A DNA stretch of 64,000 nucleotides. Origin: Patescibacteria group bacterium. GTDB taxonomy: Bacteria; Patescibacteriota; Minisyncoccia; Phycocordibacterales; DATDWN01. The position numbers were made by a program, and so were the translations under genes. The notes beneath the pieces were generated by a model, which was given only the letters and a program-made list of their open reading frames with translations, was not told the DNA's origin and searched no databases. Positions 25,979-36,200 of this stretch are shown here, in pieces. The DNA lies in assembly GCA_040384485.1 (NCBI GenBank), contig JAZKJH010000003.1, forward strand, positions 71,556-135,555. Reading direction: 5' to 3'. How positions within the stretch are numbered: position 1 is the stretch's first letter; each line of letters starts with the position of its first letter.

Positions 25979-27793
25979 TTAATTTCTGAGCATCTTCAAA
26001 AATACGTCATGAGGAATATCCACTGAGCCTCTGCCTCTCTCCTTCATTTTCTTCTTACCTTTCTTTTGTTTCTCACGGAGCTTCATTTTACGAGTTATAT
26101 CCCCTCCGTACATATGCTGAGTAACGTCTTTACTAAAAGCAGACACTGTTCTACTAGATATTATTCTACCTAGTGCTTTTCCTTGAATTTTCATTACGAA
26201 CATCTGTCTTGGTAGAATGCCGTGGAGTTTCTCCACTGTCGTCTCACACTCCTCCTCCACTCTTCTTTTTGATACCACCCTAGAAAATGCTGGTAAAACC
26301 TCGTCAGCAACTAGTATGTCCATACGTACAACATCTGCGTCTCTCATGCCAACTATTTCATACGATATAGAAGCAAACCCACTGGATGCACTCTTTAGTT
26401 TATCGAAAAAGTTTCGCATAAGTTCACGTAGTGGCATCTGTAGTGTAAGTCTCGTTCGATCGTCTCCAAAGTTTTCTGAGTTGCCCAGTTCTGCTTCATG
26501 GTCGTAAAGCAAAGTCATGATATTACTCAAATATGTAGCGGGTAGAATAATTACACATTCTACCCAAGGCTCTCGTATATTTGAAAGTAGTCCCTCATCT
26601 GGAAAATAAGATGGAGAGTAAATTATTTCACTTTTACCTTGTTTTGGTCCTGTTTTGTAAGTAACTTCGTAGGTAATAGTAGGCATAGTCACCACTAGTT
26701 CTAGATCAAACTCTCTATGAAGTCTTTCTGAAATAATTTCAAGGTGAAGCATCCCCAAGAACCCACAACGAAATCCTCGTCCTAATGCCCCAGAAGATTC
26801 CTCTTCGTATGTGTATGATGAATCCGAAAGTTTTAGCTTACCCAAAGCTTGTTTAAGTTCATTGAAATCATCCTGACTTTCAGGATAGATAGATGCCCAT
26901 ACCACAGGTTTAGGTGACATGTACCCGGGCAGAGCCTCTCTAGTGTCGCTCAGTGATGCTAAAGTATCTCCCACAGATGCAATACCTGGTTCTTTGATAC
27001 CTGTAACAACATAACCTATTTCCCCAGCCGAAAGTGATTCTACTGGAGTATCGTCTGGTGCAAAAATTCCAACCTCTATTCCTGTAAATGTTTTCTTTGA
27101 AATCTTGAAACTGAGAGGTGTGTTTCGACTTACCTTTCCATCCATAACTCGGATAAAAACAATAACCCCTTTATGTGTGGAATATTTGAAATCAAAAATA
27201 AGGGAGCGGAAATTTTTTGGATCCAAATTACTTTCTTGATTGTGTTCTGGTGGAGAAACTTTCTTTATCACCTCTTGGAGTAACTTATCCACCCCTTCCC
27301 CTGTTCTACCAGATGTTTCTATAATATCCTCCGGGTTACAGTCCAAAAGTTTTACAACTTCTTTTTTAATATCTTCTACTCTAGCCAACGGTGAATCAAC
27401 TTTAGACAGCACAGGAATTATAGTAAGTCCTGCTTCCCTAGCCATACCTAACGTAGTAAGAGTTTGTGCCTGCACGCCTTGAGTTGCATCAACTAGAAGT
27501 ATTGAGCCTTCTACAGCCTTTAATGCCCGAGAGACTTCATATGAAAAGTCTATGTGTCCCGGGGTGTCGATAAGGTTCAATACATAGTCTGCACCTTCGT
27601 ATTTATAATTCATACGAACTGGCTGCATTTTAATAGTTATTCCTCTTTCTCTTTCTAGTTCCATAGAATCCAGAACTTGGTCCTGCATTTTACGTGCTTC
27701 TATAGTTCCTGTAATCTCCAACATCCTGTCAGCCAAGGTTGATTTACCGTGGTCTATGTGAGCTATGATACTGAAGTTTCGAATATTCTGCAT
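25979..27793 (-). CDS. lepA: Elongation factor 4 (LepA)
   Basis: IRNFSIIAHIDHGKSTLADR, GFRCGFLGMLH, YGGDITRKMKL. Confidence 0.98.
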   Translation of the reverse strand: MQNIRNFSIIAHIDHGKSTLADRMLEITGTIEARKMQDQVLDSMELERERGITIKMQPVRMNYKYEGADYVLNLIDTPGHIDFSYEVSRALKAVEGSILLVDATQGVQAQTLTTLGMAREAGLTIIPVLSKVDSPLARVEDIKKEVVKLLDCNPEDIIETSGRTGEGVDKLLQEVIKKVSPPEHNQESNLDPKNFRSLIFDFKYSTHKGVIVFIRVMDGKVSRNTPLSFKISKKTFTGIEVGIFAPDDTPVESLSAGEIGYVVTGIKEPGIASVGDTLASLSDTREALPGYMSPKPVVWASIYPESQDDFNELKQALGKLKLSDSSYTYEEESSGALGRGFRCGFLGMLHLEIISERLHREFDLELVVTMPTITYEVTYKTGPKQGKSEIIYSPSYFPDEGLLSNIREPWVECVIILPATYLSNIMTLLYDHEAELGNSENFGDDRTRLTLQMPLRELMRNFFDKLKSASSGFASISYEIVGMRDADVVRMDILVADEVLPAFSRVVSKRRVEEECETTVEKLHGILPRQMFVMKIQGKALGRIISSRTVSAFSKDVTQHMYGGDITRKMKLREKQKKGKKKMKERGRGSVDIPHDVFLKMLRN

Positions 27794-27837
27794 AGAGTAT
27801 AGTTAAGCACAAAAAATCAAAATATTCTAATATATGT

Positions 27838-29517
27838 TTATTGTGGGTCGCTTCCAGGAACAACAACTTTTGCCTTCCAAATCTTTTTATGAAGAGCCTT
27901 CCAAACTTCCATAAGCTCTCTATTTTTCAACAAATACAGGACTATAATTGCTGAGATGATACCCATCACACCCGATAAAAATCCTTGTAAGAATATACCA
28001 AGCAATGTGTCCACATTAAACACATTATCAAAAACATCTAGGAATTTGTATGCGACAAAACCCATTATTATAGATGAACTGAACGTATGGAAAAATGTTT
28101 TAAAAAGTAACCCTGAGAAGTTTTTGAAATCCTTTTCAAAAGCAAACCAATGAATACAAAGGTTGAACAAAGCTCCGATAGAAAAACCTAGTGGGAGCAT
28201 CAACACTACAGTCCCCTCTAGATCCGTCACTTTTAACAACGACTCCCAAAAGCTTCTGAAAAACTCGTTGCTATTAAAAAGCATAACGAGGTAATAAGTA
28301 GTTACTATGGTAACGATCGCTGAAAATAGATTCATGAACAAAGGAGTTTTTGTTCTGCCCTGAGAATAATACGACCTGATAAAAAGAGTTATTAGGTTTT
28401 GGGCAATAAGAGATACCACGAACAAAGCTAGTGCCGCAGCAGTTAGACGCGTAGCGTCCCAGTTAAAACCACCTGCCCCGAGGATAGTTCTAACTATCTG
28501 GGCTCGCAATACTATAAACAGTACTGTGACGGGTATAGACCAGAATACAATGTGTCTAACTGAAGAAACCATTTGTTCCAAAAATTGTTGCTTATTTCCG
28601 GTGGAAAATATCCGTGACAATGTCGGAAATGCAGCTATAGAATAGCTCACTCCTATAATACTGAGAGGTACAGATTGTAAGTTAAGTGAGAAGTTAAATA
28701 CAGAAACCGAACCAGGAATAAAAAACGAAGCGAACGAAACCATAAACAACTTCGTTATTTCAACCGAAGAAACAGTTATGGTTCTAGGTAGTGATATAAA
28801 GATAATGTTTTTTATATCCTTCCATTTTATATAAAACCGAATAGAAGGAAGCATTTTTTCGCTCGCAACAAATGGAGCTTGGATTGCAAAGTGGAAAAAG
28901 GCTCCAAGTATAACCCCGAACCCCAACCCAGTCAGTCCCCATATCGGGTAGAAGAATATAATACCTATTATTATTCCGACGTTATAAACCACCGGCGACA
29001 TTGCGTACACAAAAAACCTTTTATACACCTGAGTTATGCTTGCAAGTAGGTTAGAAAAACCTAGAAAAATCGGAGATAGTAGTAAAACTCTGGTAAGACT
29101 GACGAGCTCGCCAAACGTAGGTAACACGGCAAAATTTGGGAAAATAAGTGCCATAAGTTGCGGTGTAAAAATGAACGCCAAAACTGCAGAAAAACCTATA
29201 GCAAAAAAGAAAAACGAGAAGACATTGTTTATAAACTCTTTTGCCTCTGGTTTTCCCTTGTCTAATCTTTCAATAATAAGCGGTATCAAAACAGAAATAG
29301 ACACAATAGAAGCCAAAGTTACAAACAAAATATCTGGTATTCTAAATGCAGAGTAGTACAAATCCAATGTCGTCCCAGCTCCGAAATGGGATGCAAGCAT
29401 TCTGTCCCTCCACAGTGCCAGAATCTGTGAACATAAAGCGAAGAAACCCAAAAGATAAGCGGCCTCGTGAAGGCCGGCTATCTCTCTGTTGAATATGTTC
29501 AATAGATTCTTAACCAT
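27838..29517 (-). CDS. murJ: Lipid II flippase MurJ (MviN)
   Basis: RDRMLA..FGAG..LD.YY.AFRIPD; many TM helices. Confidence 0.9.
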   Translation of the reverse strand: MVKNLLNIFNREIAGLHEAAYLLGFFALCSQILALWRDRMLASHFGAGTTLDLYYSAFRIPDILFVTLASIVSISVLIPLIIERLDKGKPEAKEFINNVFSFFFFAIGFSAVLAFIFTPQLMALIFPNFAVLPTFGELVSLTRVLLLSPIFLGFSNLLASITQVYKRFFVYAMSPVVYNVGIIIGIIFFYPIWGLTGLGFGVILGAFFHFAIQAPFVASEKMLPSIRFYIKWKDIKNIIFISLPRTITVSSVEITKLFMVSFASFFIPGSVSVFNFSLNLQSVPLSIIGVSYSIAAFPTLSRIFSTGNKQQFLEQMVSSVRHIVFWSIPVTVLFIVLRAQIVRTILGAGGFNWDATRLTAAALALFVVSLIAQNLITLFIRSYYSQGRTKTPLFMNLFSAIVTIVTTYYLVMLFNSNEFFRSFWESLLKVTDLEGTVVLMLPLGFSIGALFNLCIHWFAFEKDFKNFSGLLFKTFFHTFSSSIIMGFVAYKFLDVFDNVFNVDTLLGIFLQGFLSGVMGIISAIIVLYLLKNRELMEVWKALHKKIWKAKVVVPGSDPQ

Positions 29518-29519
29518 AA

Positions 29520-31898
29520 TTATTCTGTATCCTCTACAGGCAGACCCTCAGCAGATTCTGGATTTGTTTCTTCTAGTCCAGTAAGCGCCTTTTGCCCAGA
29601 TTTAATATTTTCAATTATTTTCACCAAATCTTGATTATCAGGGTTAGTTTTTGCAATGTCCTCAAATTCCTTCAGTGCTTTTTCTGTTTCCCCCACCTCA
29701 TCGTACGACAAACCTAGGAAATACTTAGCGTTAGCATAGTCGGGAGATATTTCAACTGCTTTTAACAAACTCTCTATTGCCCCCGCAAAATCTTTGTCGT
29801 TATACTTCAAAAGACCGAGTTGGAAAAATATTCCTGCGTTTGTTGGGTCTATCACAGACGCTGCTGTAACAGACTCAATGGCTCTCTTTAGGTTTTTGTC
29901 AGCAACTTCTATCTGAGACAACAGGAAGTACGCATCAACATAATTATTTTTTGTTTTTATAGCTTCTTCTGCATATCTTCTAGCTTCGGCAATATCGTTC
30001 TTTACCATAGCCAGCCTAGAGAACAAAATCAAAATACCAGGGTTAGTTGGGTTTCTTTTTAGAGCCTCTCCGTAAGCAAACTGAGCACTTTCGTAAGCTC
30101 CTTCTATTTTAAGTTCTGGAAGTGACACTGACTCATACACTTTTCCTAGAGCTATCCAGTTAAGGTAGTTTTTGTCGTCTGCGTTCTTGGCAGAAAGTCC
30201 GTGGATAATAGTTGCGGACAGTGTATCACTAAACTGTTTTTGTATTTCCTCCGGCTTTACGTTTGTATCAGTAGTGTTAAGTAAGTTAGTCATTTTCGCC
30301 ACTCCGATCTCTGACATAACTCTGTAATATATATCGTGTGGAACGTTCTCAATGGCCTTATTCATATACTCCTCCCCTAGAGCAATGTCGGTTGAGTTAT
30401 TCAGAGTTTGTAATCCCTTGTCAAAATACCACAATGATTTTGCATTTTTTAATACACCAAAACCTAGAACAACAACCCCTAACAATGTAGCGACAAGCAA
30501 GAGTGTTGCGACAAATCCAGTTTTTGGATGGTCTCCAAAAACCTTGTTTTCTATTTTTATAATTCCTGACAAGTAAACTGAAGAGAAGAACACTCCGGTA
30601 AAGAACAATGTCATTATGAACACCGAGGTGCTTGGTATATACACAAAGGCCATAATCCACAAATATAGCGAAACGAAAAATGATGAGGTGAGTAGATATT
30701 TAACAAACCCATCCTCAATTCTGGCAAAAATAGATTTTACTCCTAGATATATATAAAATCCTAGAAACAAAATCCAAGACAAAATACCCAATATTCCAGT
30801 GGTCACAGCGAATGTTGGTAGTAGCCCCATACCAGAAGAAAAATCAGTATTCCAAAAAACAGTACTAACAATGTCTGTTGGTCTCCAAGTTAACCATTGA
30901 AATGTGAAAGTTGTAGGACCAGAACCAAACAGTGGTTTCTCAGCTATGGTATGTTTAGCGATATCCATAGTTACAGATAGAGAAGGACGAACATCTACAT
31001 TTACCACATTAAACTTTTCGTTAAGATAGCCGGCTATACTACTCCCCCATATAACAAACACTAGAGAAACAACAAAAATAAATGCTGAAAATTTTGGTGC
31101 ATTCTTTAATTTTGCAAAAAAAGAAAGCTCGTGGTGTGAATGTGTAAATGCTACATAGAGAACAAAAACCAAAGAACAAACTGCCATTGCCCACCACACA
31201 AAAGAAAATCCGACCAAAGCCAAGAAAAATAGAGATAAAATAGTAGAAAGAACAAGTAGCCATTTTACTATCTTACTAACGTGTACCATTTCGTAAGTCA
31301 GGACTGAAAGAAGTAACCCTATACCAAAAAATATACCTACGTTATTCCAACTTCCCACAGGAGTAGACGTTATATCATTAAAAATTCCGAAAGAAAGGGT
31401 CTCTACCCCAAACACTAGACGCACCAACAAAAACAAAGCTAGCAAAATGGAAGAAAACACAACTGCAATGTATGAATAAAAAATGTTTTTTCTGTTTATA
31501 AACAGAACAGAAACCAAAAAAAGATAGATGAACCCTAGCAACATAAAACCCACAGTGTTTATATCAAACGTATATCCAAAGAAAGACATTCTTGAAAAGC
31601 CGTTTGAGATACCGGCCATAAGATAAACAAGTGGAACAAGTGAGGTGAAGCCTAAGATATATCTTGCAGGCTTAGGCAAATCAATGTTTCCAGATGACAA
31701 AACTGAAGCTCCATACACAATTAGAGCCAAAATCACACCAAAAGCGAACAAAAGACTTGTGGCGAATTGAGTAGATAAAAAAGATACTGGTGCAAAAAAT
31801 ATTGGTGCTAAAAACGTAATTCCTAATAAAATTCCGAAGGCAAGCCTTGCTCCGAAGCTTCTATTGTTTATACTGTGCGTTAAATAATGTTCGTTCAT
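29520..31898 (-). CDS. Polytopic membrane protein (O-antigen ligase/Wzy_C-like) with C-terminal TPR repeats
   Basis: About 12 TMs, KPLFGSGPTTF, TTGILG; TPR pattern such as PDYANAKYFLGLSY. Confidence 0.7.
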   Translation of the reverse strand: MNEHYLTHSINNRSFGARLAFGILLGITFLAPIFFAPVSFLSTQFATSLLFAFGVILALIVYGASVLSSGNIDLPKPARYILGFTSLVPLVYLMAGISNGFSRMSFFGYTFDINTVGFMLLGFIYLFLVSVLFINRKNIFYSYIAVVFSSILLALFLLVRLVFGVETLSFGIFNDITSTPVGSWNNVGIFFGIGLLLSVLTYEMVHVSKIVKWLLVLSTILSLFFLALVGFSFVWWAMAVCSLVFVLYVAFTHSHHELSFFAKLKNAPKFSAFIFVVSLVFVIWGSSIAGYLNEKFNVVNVDVRPSLSVTMDIAKHTIAEKPLFGSGPTTFTFQWLTWRPTDIVSTVFWNTDFSSGMGLLPTFAVTTGILGILSWILFLGFYIYLGVKSIFARIEDGFVKYLLTSSFFVSLYLWIMAFVYIPSTSVFIMTLFFTGVFFSSVYLSGIIKIENKVFGDHPKTGFVATLLLVATLLGVVVLGFGVLKNAKSLWYFDKGLQTLNNSTDIALGEEYMNKAIENVPHDIYYRVMSEIGVAKMTNLLNTTDTNVKPEEIQKQFSDTLSATIIHGLSAKNADDKNYLNWIALGKVYESVSLPELKIEGAYESAQFAYGEALKRNPTNPGILILFSRLAMVKNDIAEARRYAEEAIKTKNNYVDAYFLLSQIEVADKNLKRAIESVTAASVIDPTNAGIFFQLGLLKYNDKDFAGAIESLLKAVEISPDYANAKYFLGLSYDEVGETEKALKEFEDIAKTNPDNQDLVKIIENIKSGQKALTGLEETNPESAEGLPVEDTE

Positions 31899-32017
31899 TT
31901 TTTTATAAATTATCTATTATTGATTGCCTAATTATATAGAAAATACACCCTATATTCAATTGTGAACAAGGCAAAAAACCCATATTTTAGGCACTACTTT
32001 TCAAAACATAGAGTTTG

Positions 32018-32026
32018 TGCTATAAT
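32018..32026 (+). promoter_or_regulatory. Extended -10 promoter of rnpB
   Basis: TGcTATAAT 7 nt upstream of the P1 helix. Confidence 0.65.
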
Positions 32027-32033
32027 ATAGGCT

Positions 32034-32374
32034 GTTATGTTGGATAAGTGCTCTGCATAATATTTATATTTTGTAGGGAGGAAAGTCCGAACATCAAGTT
32101 TAGAGCAATCTGAACAGGGGTAGCGGGTAACGCCCGTCGGGAGTAATCCTAGAGGTGCGAGCAGTGACGCTGGAGGCGAAAGCTGAAGGATTCCGCAAGG
32201 AATAATTTCATAGAAATATGAAAGTGAAACGGCAAAATCCTTACTTTGATGCAAGGCCGTGTCCGAGCAATCGGAAGTGCCGCTCGAGGTTGTAGGTAAC
32301 TACAATCCCAGATAAATACTTATCGTTTAATATCAATTAGATATTAAATACAGAATTCGGCTTATAAACATAAC
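32034..32374 (+). ncRNA. rnpB: RNase P RNA
   Basis: GAGGAAAGTCC and ACAGAATTCGGCTTAT conserved P4 strands, GTGAAACGGC, GTTATGT/ACATAAC P1 helix. Confidence 0.95.
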
Positions 32375-32498
32375 CAAAATGAAAAGACACACCTAAACAG
32401 TGTGTTTTTTCTTAACCGATATCATTTTATTGCAACCATTGAACCTTCACCTACCTAGTGCTACCATTATATATAGAACGTACACAGTAGGAGGTCGT

Positions 32499-33236
32499 AT
32501 GGAGAGAAAAGACTTGTTCGGCTCAGTATCGACTGATAGGCCGAAAAGCAAAGCCAGGAGTGCTGTTGCTTTTTCTGTTGCCGTGCTGGTCAACTTTGTT
32601 GCTGTCGCAACACTGGTGATCAGTCCCCTTCTTGCTACAAACGAGCTGCCTCTGATTCACAGAGACAGCCCTTATGTAATGAGAGCAGACATTGTTCTGC
32701 CAACAGAACCGTCGGCACCCAAGAAAACTGAAAGTGTGCCGAAGGACCCAAATGCACCAAATCCAAAAGGTGCACCGCCAGAGTCTCCGGACAAAATATC
32801 TCCAGAACCTCCGAGGGTTCCCGAGTGGACACCACCAACAGCACCATGCCCGGGTTGTCTTCCGCCAACCGGTGGACCGGAAGGACCGCCAACACTTGGC
32901 CCCCCACCGCCACCAACTCCTCCGAAACCTGAACCCCCACCGCCACCAACAAAGCCGGTGAGAATTAGTTCCTCGGAGATGCCGAGACAGGTTGTGCGTG
33001 TAAACCCAACTTACCCAACAATCGCACAGTCAGCGAGAGTTGAAGGTGTTGTGATCATTGAAGCGATCATCGACAGATTTGGGAACGTAGTCAACGCCAA
33101 CATCTTGCGGGGACAAGCACTACTCAACGAAGCGGCTCTCTCTGCCGTTCGTCAATGGAAATATGAACCTCACAAACTCAATGGTGAACCAGTCCCTATC
33201 ATTATGACAGTGACAGTCACCTTCAGTTTGAAGTAG
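32499..33236 (+). CDS. TonB-family protein (TM, Pro-rich linker, TonB C-terminal domain)
   Basis: YPTIAQSARVEGVVIIEAII...G.V....ILRG..LL.EAAL.AVRQWKYEP...NG.PV; SD AGGAGG. Confidence 0.88.
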   Translation: MERKDLFGSVSTDRPKSKARSAVAFSVAVLVNFVAVATLVISPLLATNELPLIHRDSPYVMRADIVLPTEPSAPKKTESVPKDPNAPNPKGAPPESPDKISPEPPRVPEWTPPTAPCPGCLPPTGGPEGPPTLGPPPPPTPPKPEPPPPPTKPVRISSSEMPRQVVRVNPTYPTIAQSARVEGVVIIEAIIDRFGNVVNANILRGQALLNEAALSAVRQWKYEPHKLNGEPVPIIMTVTVTFSLK

Positions 33237-33244
33237 ACACACTC

Positions 33245-33279
33245 AGCCAAGGAACCTCACGGATCCTTGGCTGTTTTTT
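33245..33279 (+). terminator. Intrinsic terminator
   Basis: CAGCCAAGGA/TCCTTGGCTG followed by a T-run. Confidence 0.8.
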
Positions 33280-33284
33280 ATTAT

Positions 33285-36200
33285 TTATTCAATTACTTCC
33301 TCAATAACTTCTACAGTTCGTGTCGCATAACTCCAGTTACCCCCTTCATCCATAGCTGAGTAAACTATTGTATGTGTAGCTGTTGCATTGGTAGATATAG
33401 ATACTGAAAGCATATCTACTCCGTTTACGTTGAAGTAGATTCCCAGGTTGTTGTTTGCATTGTTTTCATCATCTAGGTCTGTGACTGTTGCTCCTAGGTC
33501 TGAGTAGTTAGAGTTTAGTGGTATTTGTAGGTTAGCACTTCCGGTTATTGTGATGACTGGTGGGATTGAATCGGTTGGGCCTTCTTCTATAGTTTCAGGT
33601 TCTGGCTCAGGATCTCCTCCCCCTTCTTCTGGTGCCTGTGTTCCACAAATTCCTGCAACAGAAACCATTGCCCCGTTTCGCATCTTCATACAATATGGGT
33701 CATTTGTCACTTCGTCGTATATTGTAATACCTGTTGGGTTTGAACTACTTCCTACAGTTAGTCTGTCTGCAATAATATTTTTAAAGTAAGCAATACCATC
33801 GACGAACTTAGCCCCTACAGTTTCAAACTGATTTACAAATCCATCCAAAACATCGTTGAAATTTATTCCAGTACTTTCTGGTGTACTACTTGCAACAATT
33901 TGTTCTAGATTTGTTAGTCGAGAACCAGTATTTAAATCTAATTCTTGAATAGCATTTATTGCGGCTGCCAGTATGGTAGTTGTATTTACTTGCAAAGTTC
34001 CACTTGGGTTTGTGTTTACTGCATCAGGAATAGCTTGTTGGATGTTCTGAGCAATGAATCCAGAGTATAGAACTCCATTATCATACAAACCAGAATCTGT
34101 TTTCCATGAGTATGTTTGTGGGTTGATTTGATTTATTGCAGACAATCCTGATGTAAACTCGCTTTGTATGTCTTTTAGTCTTTCGTCTGAGGTACAACTC
34201 ATAGTACCGGAACCATTTGTCTGAATACCTCCACAAGAAACAAGGTTTGTGACAGCGAATGTTCCTCCCCCTATTACTGACGGACCATCACTTTGGAAAT
34301 AGTTAGTTAGACCATTTGCAGCGTTATACATATATAGAGAAGTGTCTCCGTCTGACTGTATTTCAAGACTGAGCTTGTTAGAACTGCCAACTTTTACAGC
34401 AAAAGGTACAGTACTTACAGCACCTGCTACTGTTAGTTTATTAGTTGCGTCAGTAGTTCCAATACCAACATTACCCGCAGAATCTAATGTAAACGACTTA
34501 GTAAACACACCTCCTGCTCGACTTAAAAGATGCAGTTTTGTGCCACTATTTTGCATTCCAATTACACCGTCGGTCCCGTCATTACCGAGCATAACCGCGT
34601 TCACATCAACACCGAAAGCTCCTGAGATTGTAGCTATACTGTTGGTTACACCACCGGATACAGCTAGTTTTGCATAACTAGAAGGGATACTTGTTCCCAC
34701 ACCAACTCCCCCATTTGCCAAAACAGTTAGCAAATTTGCACTGGCATTATTATCTACAACCAAGGCGTATTTGGCAGAATTCACTCCTCCTGCTTTTATA
34801 TATACACCATTTCCGTCGTTTGCCTCTGTGTTATAGAAAGTCGCGATACTTCCAGCTACCGAACCAGAGACACTTAGTTTGCTGTCTGGTGACGCGGTTC
34901 CAATACCAACATCTCCACCTTGCTCAATAGCCACTCTTATATCTCCTCCAGAACTCGCAAACTCCAAGTTTGGTGTAGCATTGTTTGAAGAATACACGTT
35001 CCATTTTTGTGTCCCAGCCTGACTATATATTAGCTGTGCATAGTTAGATGTTGTTCCAGCATTTATATATGTGGACTGATTCCCAGAAGCAGAAAACCTA
35101 ACACTGTCTCCGAGTATATCTAGTTTATGAGCCGGATCAGCTGTTCCAATACCAATATCCCCTGTAGATTCAATGACCATCTCATCATTTCCTGCGTTGT
35201 TGTAATTAAGCCTAAAGGTGTTGTCTGTATGGTTATACATTCCCCAGAAGTTTGTTGAGTTTGTTGCCTGCAAACCGACAATTCCTTTTACTTCCAATGT
35301 TTGAGTTGGACTAGAAAGTCCTATTCCCACCCCACCTGTAGCAAATATTCCCAACTTGGTACCGTTTGATTGTAAGTATGCCTGCGTTGTTGAATTATCG
35401 TTATCCAAGAAAGTAAGTGTTCCTTCGTCCACACTTCCGTTACTTCTACCTATGATACTGATTCCATTTGCGCCACTGTTTGATTGTACTGAAAGTGGAA
35501 ATGTAGGGTTTGTTGTTCCAATTCCAACATTTCCACCAGCCTTAATTCTCATCGCTTCAGAAATTGCTGTGACAGCAGTGCTAGCCTTTACACCAAACAC
35601 CAAATCACTAGATGTATTTACCGCACCACTAGTCAAAACAGCCCCGATGTATGCCTGGTTTGTGTTTGCATTGTTAGCAATCCATCTATATACAGTTCCT
35701 GTCCAATCACCCACTGTACCTGCAGTTGGGTTTACTATTTCTTGTTGGAATGCAGTTCCTATTGCACCACCTGTTATTGCATTGGAAATAGTTAATCTCG
35801 CACCTGGGTCAGTCGTGCCAATACCAACATTGCCACCTCCAACTTGTAACGAAAGGTTAGCTGTAGCAAAAGTTCCTGTATATCCTTGAATTTGAGCTCC
35901 GGCCGATCCTCCACCTAATCCGACAGCGTATGAACCTGAACCTTGGAAAAATCCTGAGTAGGTATTACTTGTATCTGCAACAGTCAGTCTTGCTGCTGTT
36001 GGTGTTGTTGTTCCGATCCCAACGTTGCCCGTACTTGCAACTCTCATCCTTTCGTTGTTGCCATTAGTATAAAATCTAATAACACCACTAGCATCTGTAG
36101 CGGCCAAAGAAAGTCCTCCCACAAGATTTGCCTCGAGTAACATACTGTCTTGTATGTATCTTCCACTGGTTGTGTACCCGGATCCAAATGTATACAAATA

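Noticed and set aside
31994-32254. 86-aa minus-strand ORF
   Set aside because: Antisense to RNase P RNA
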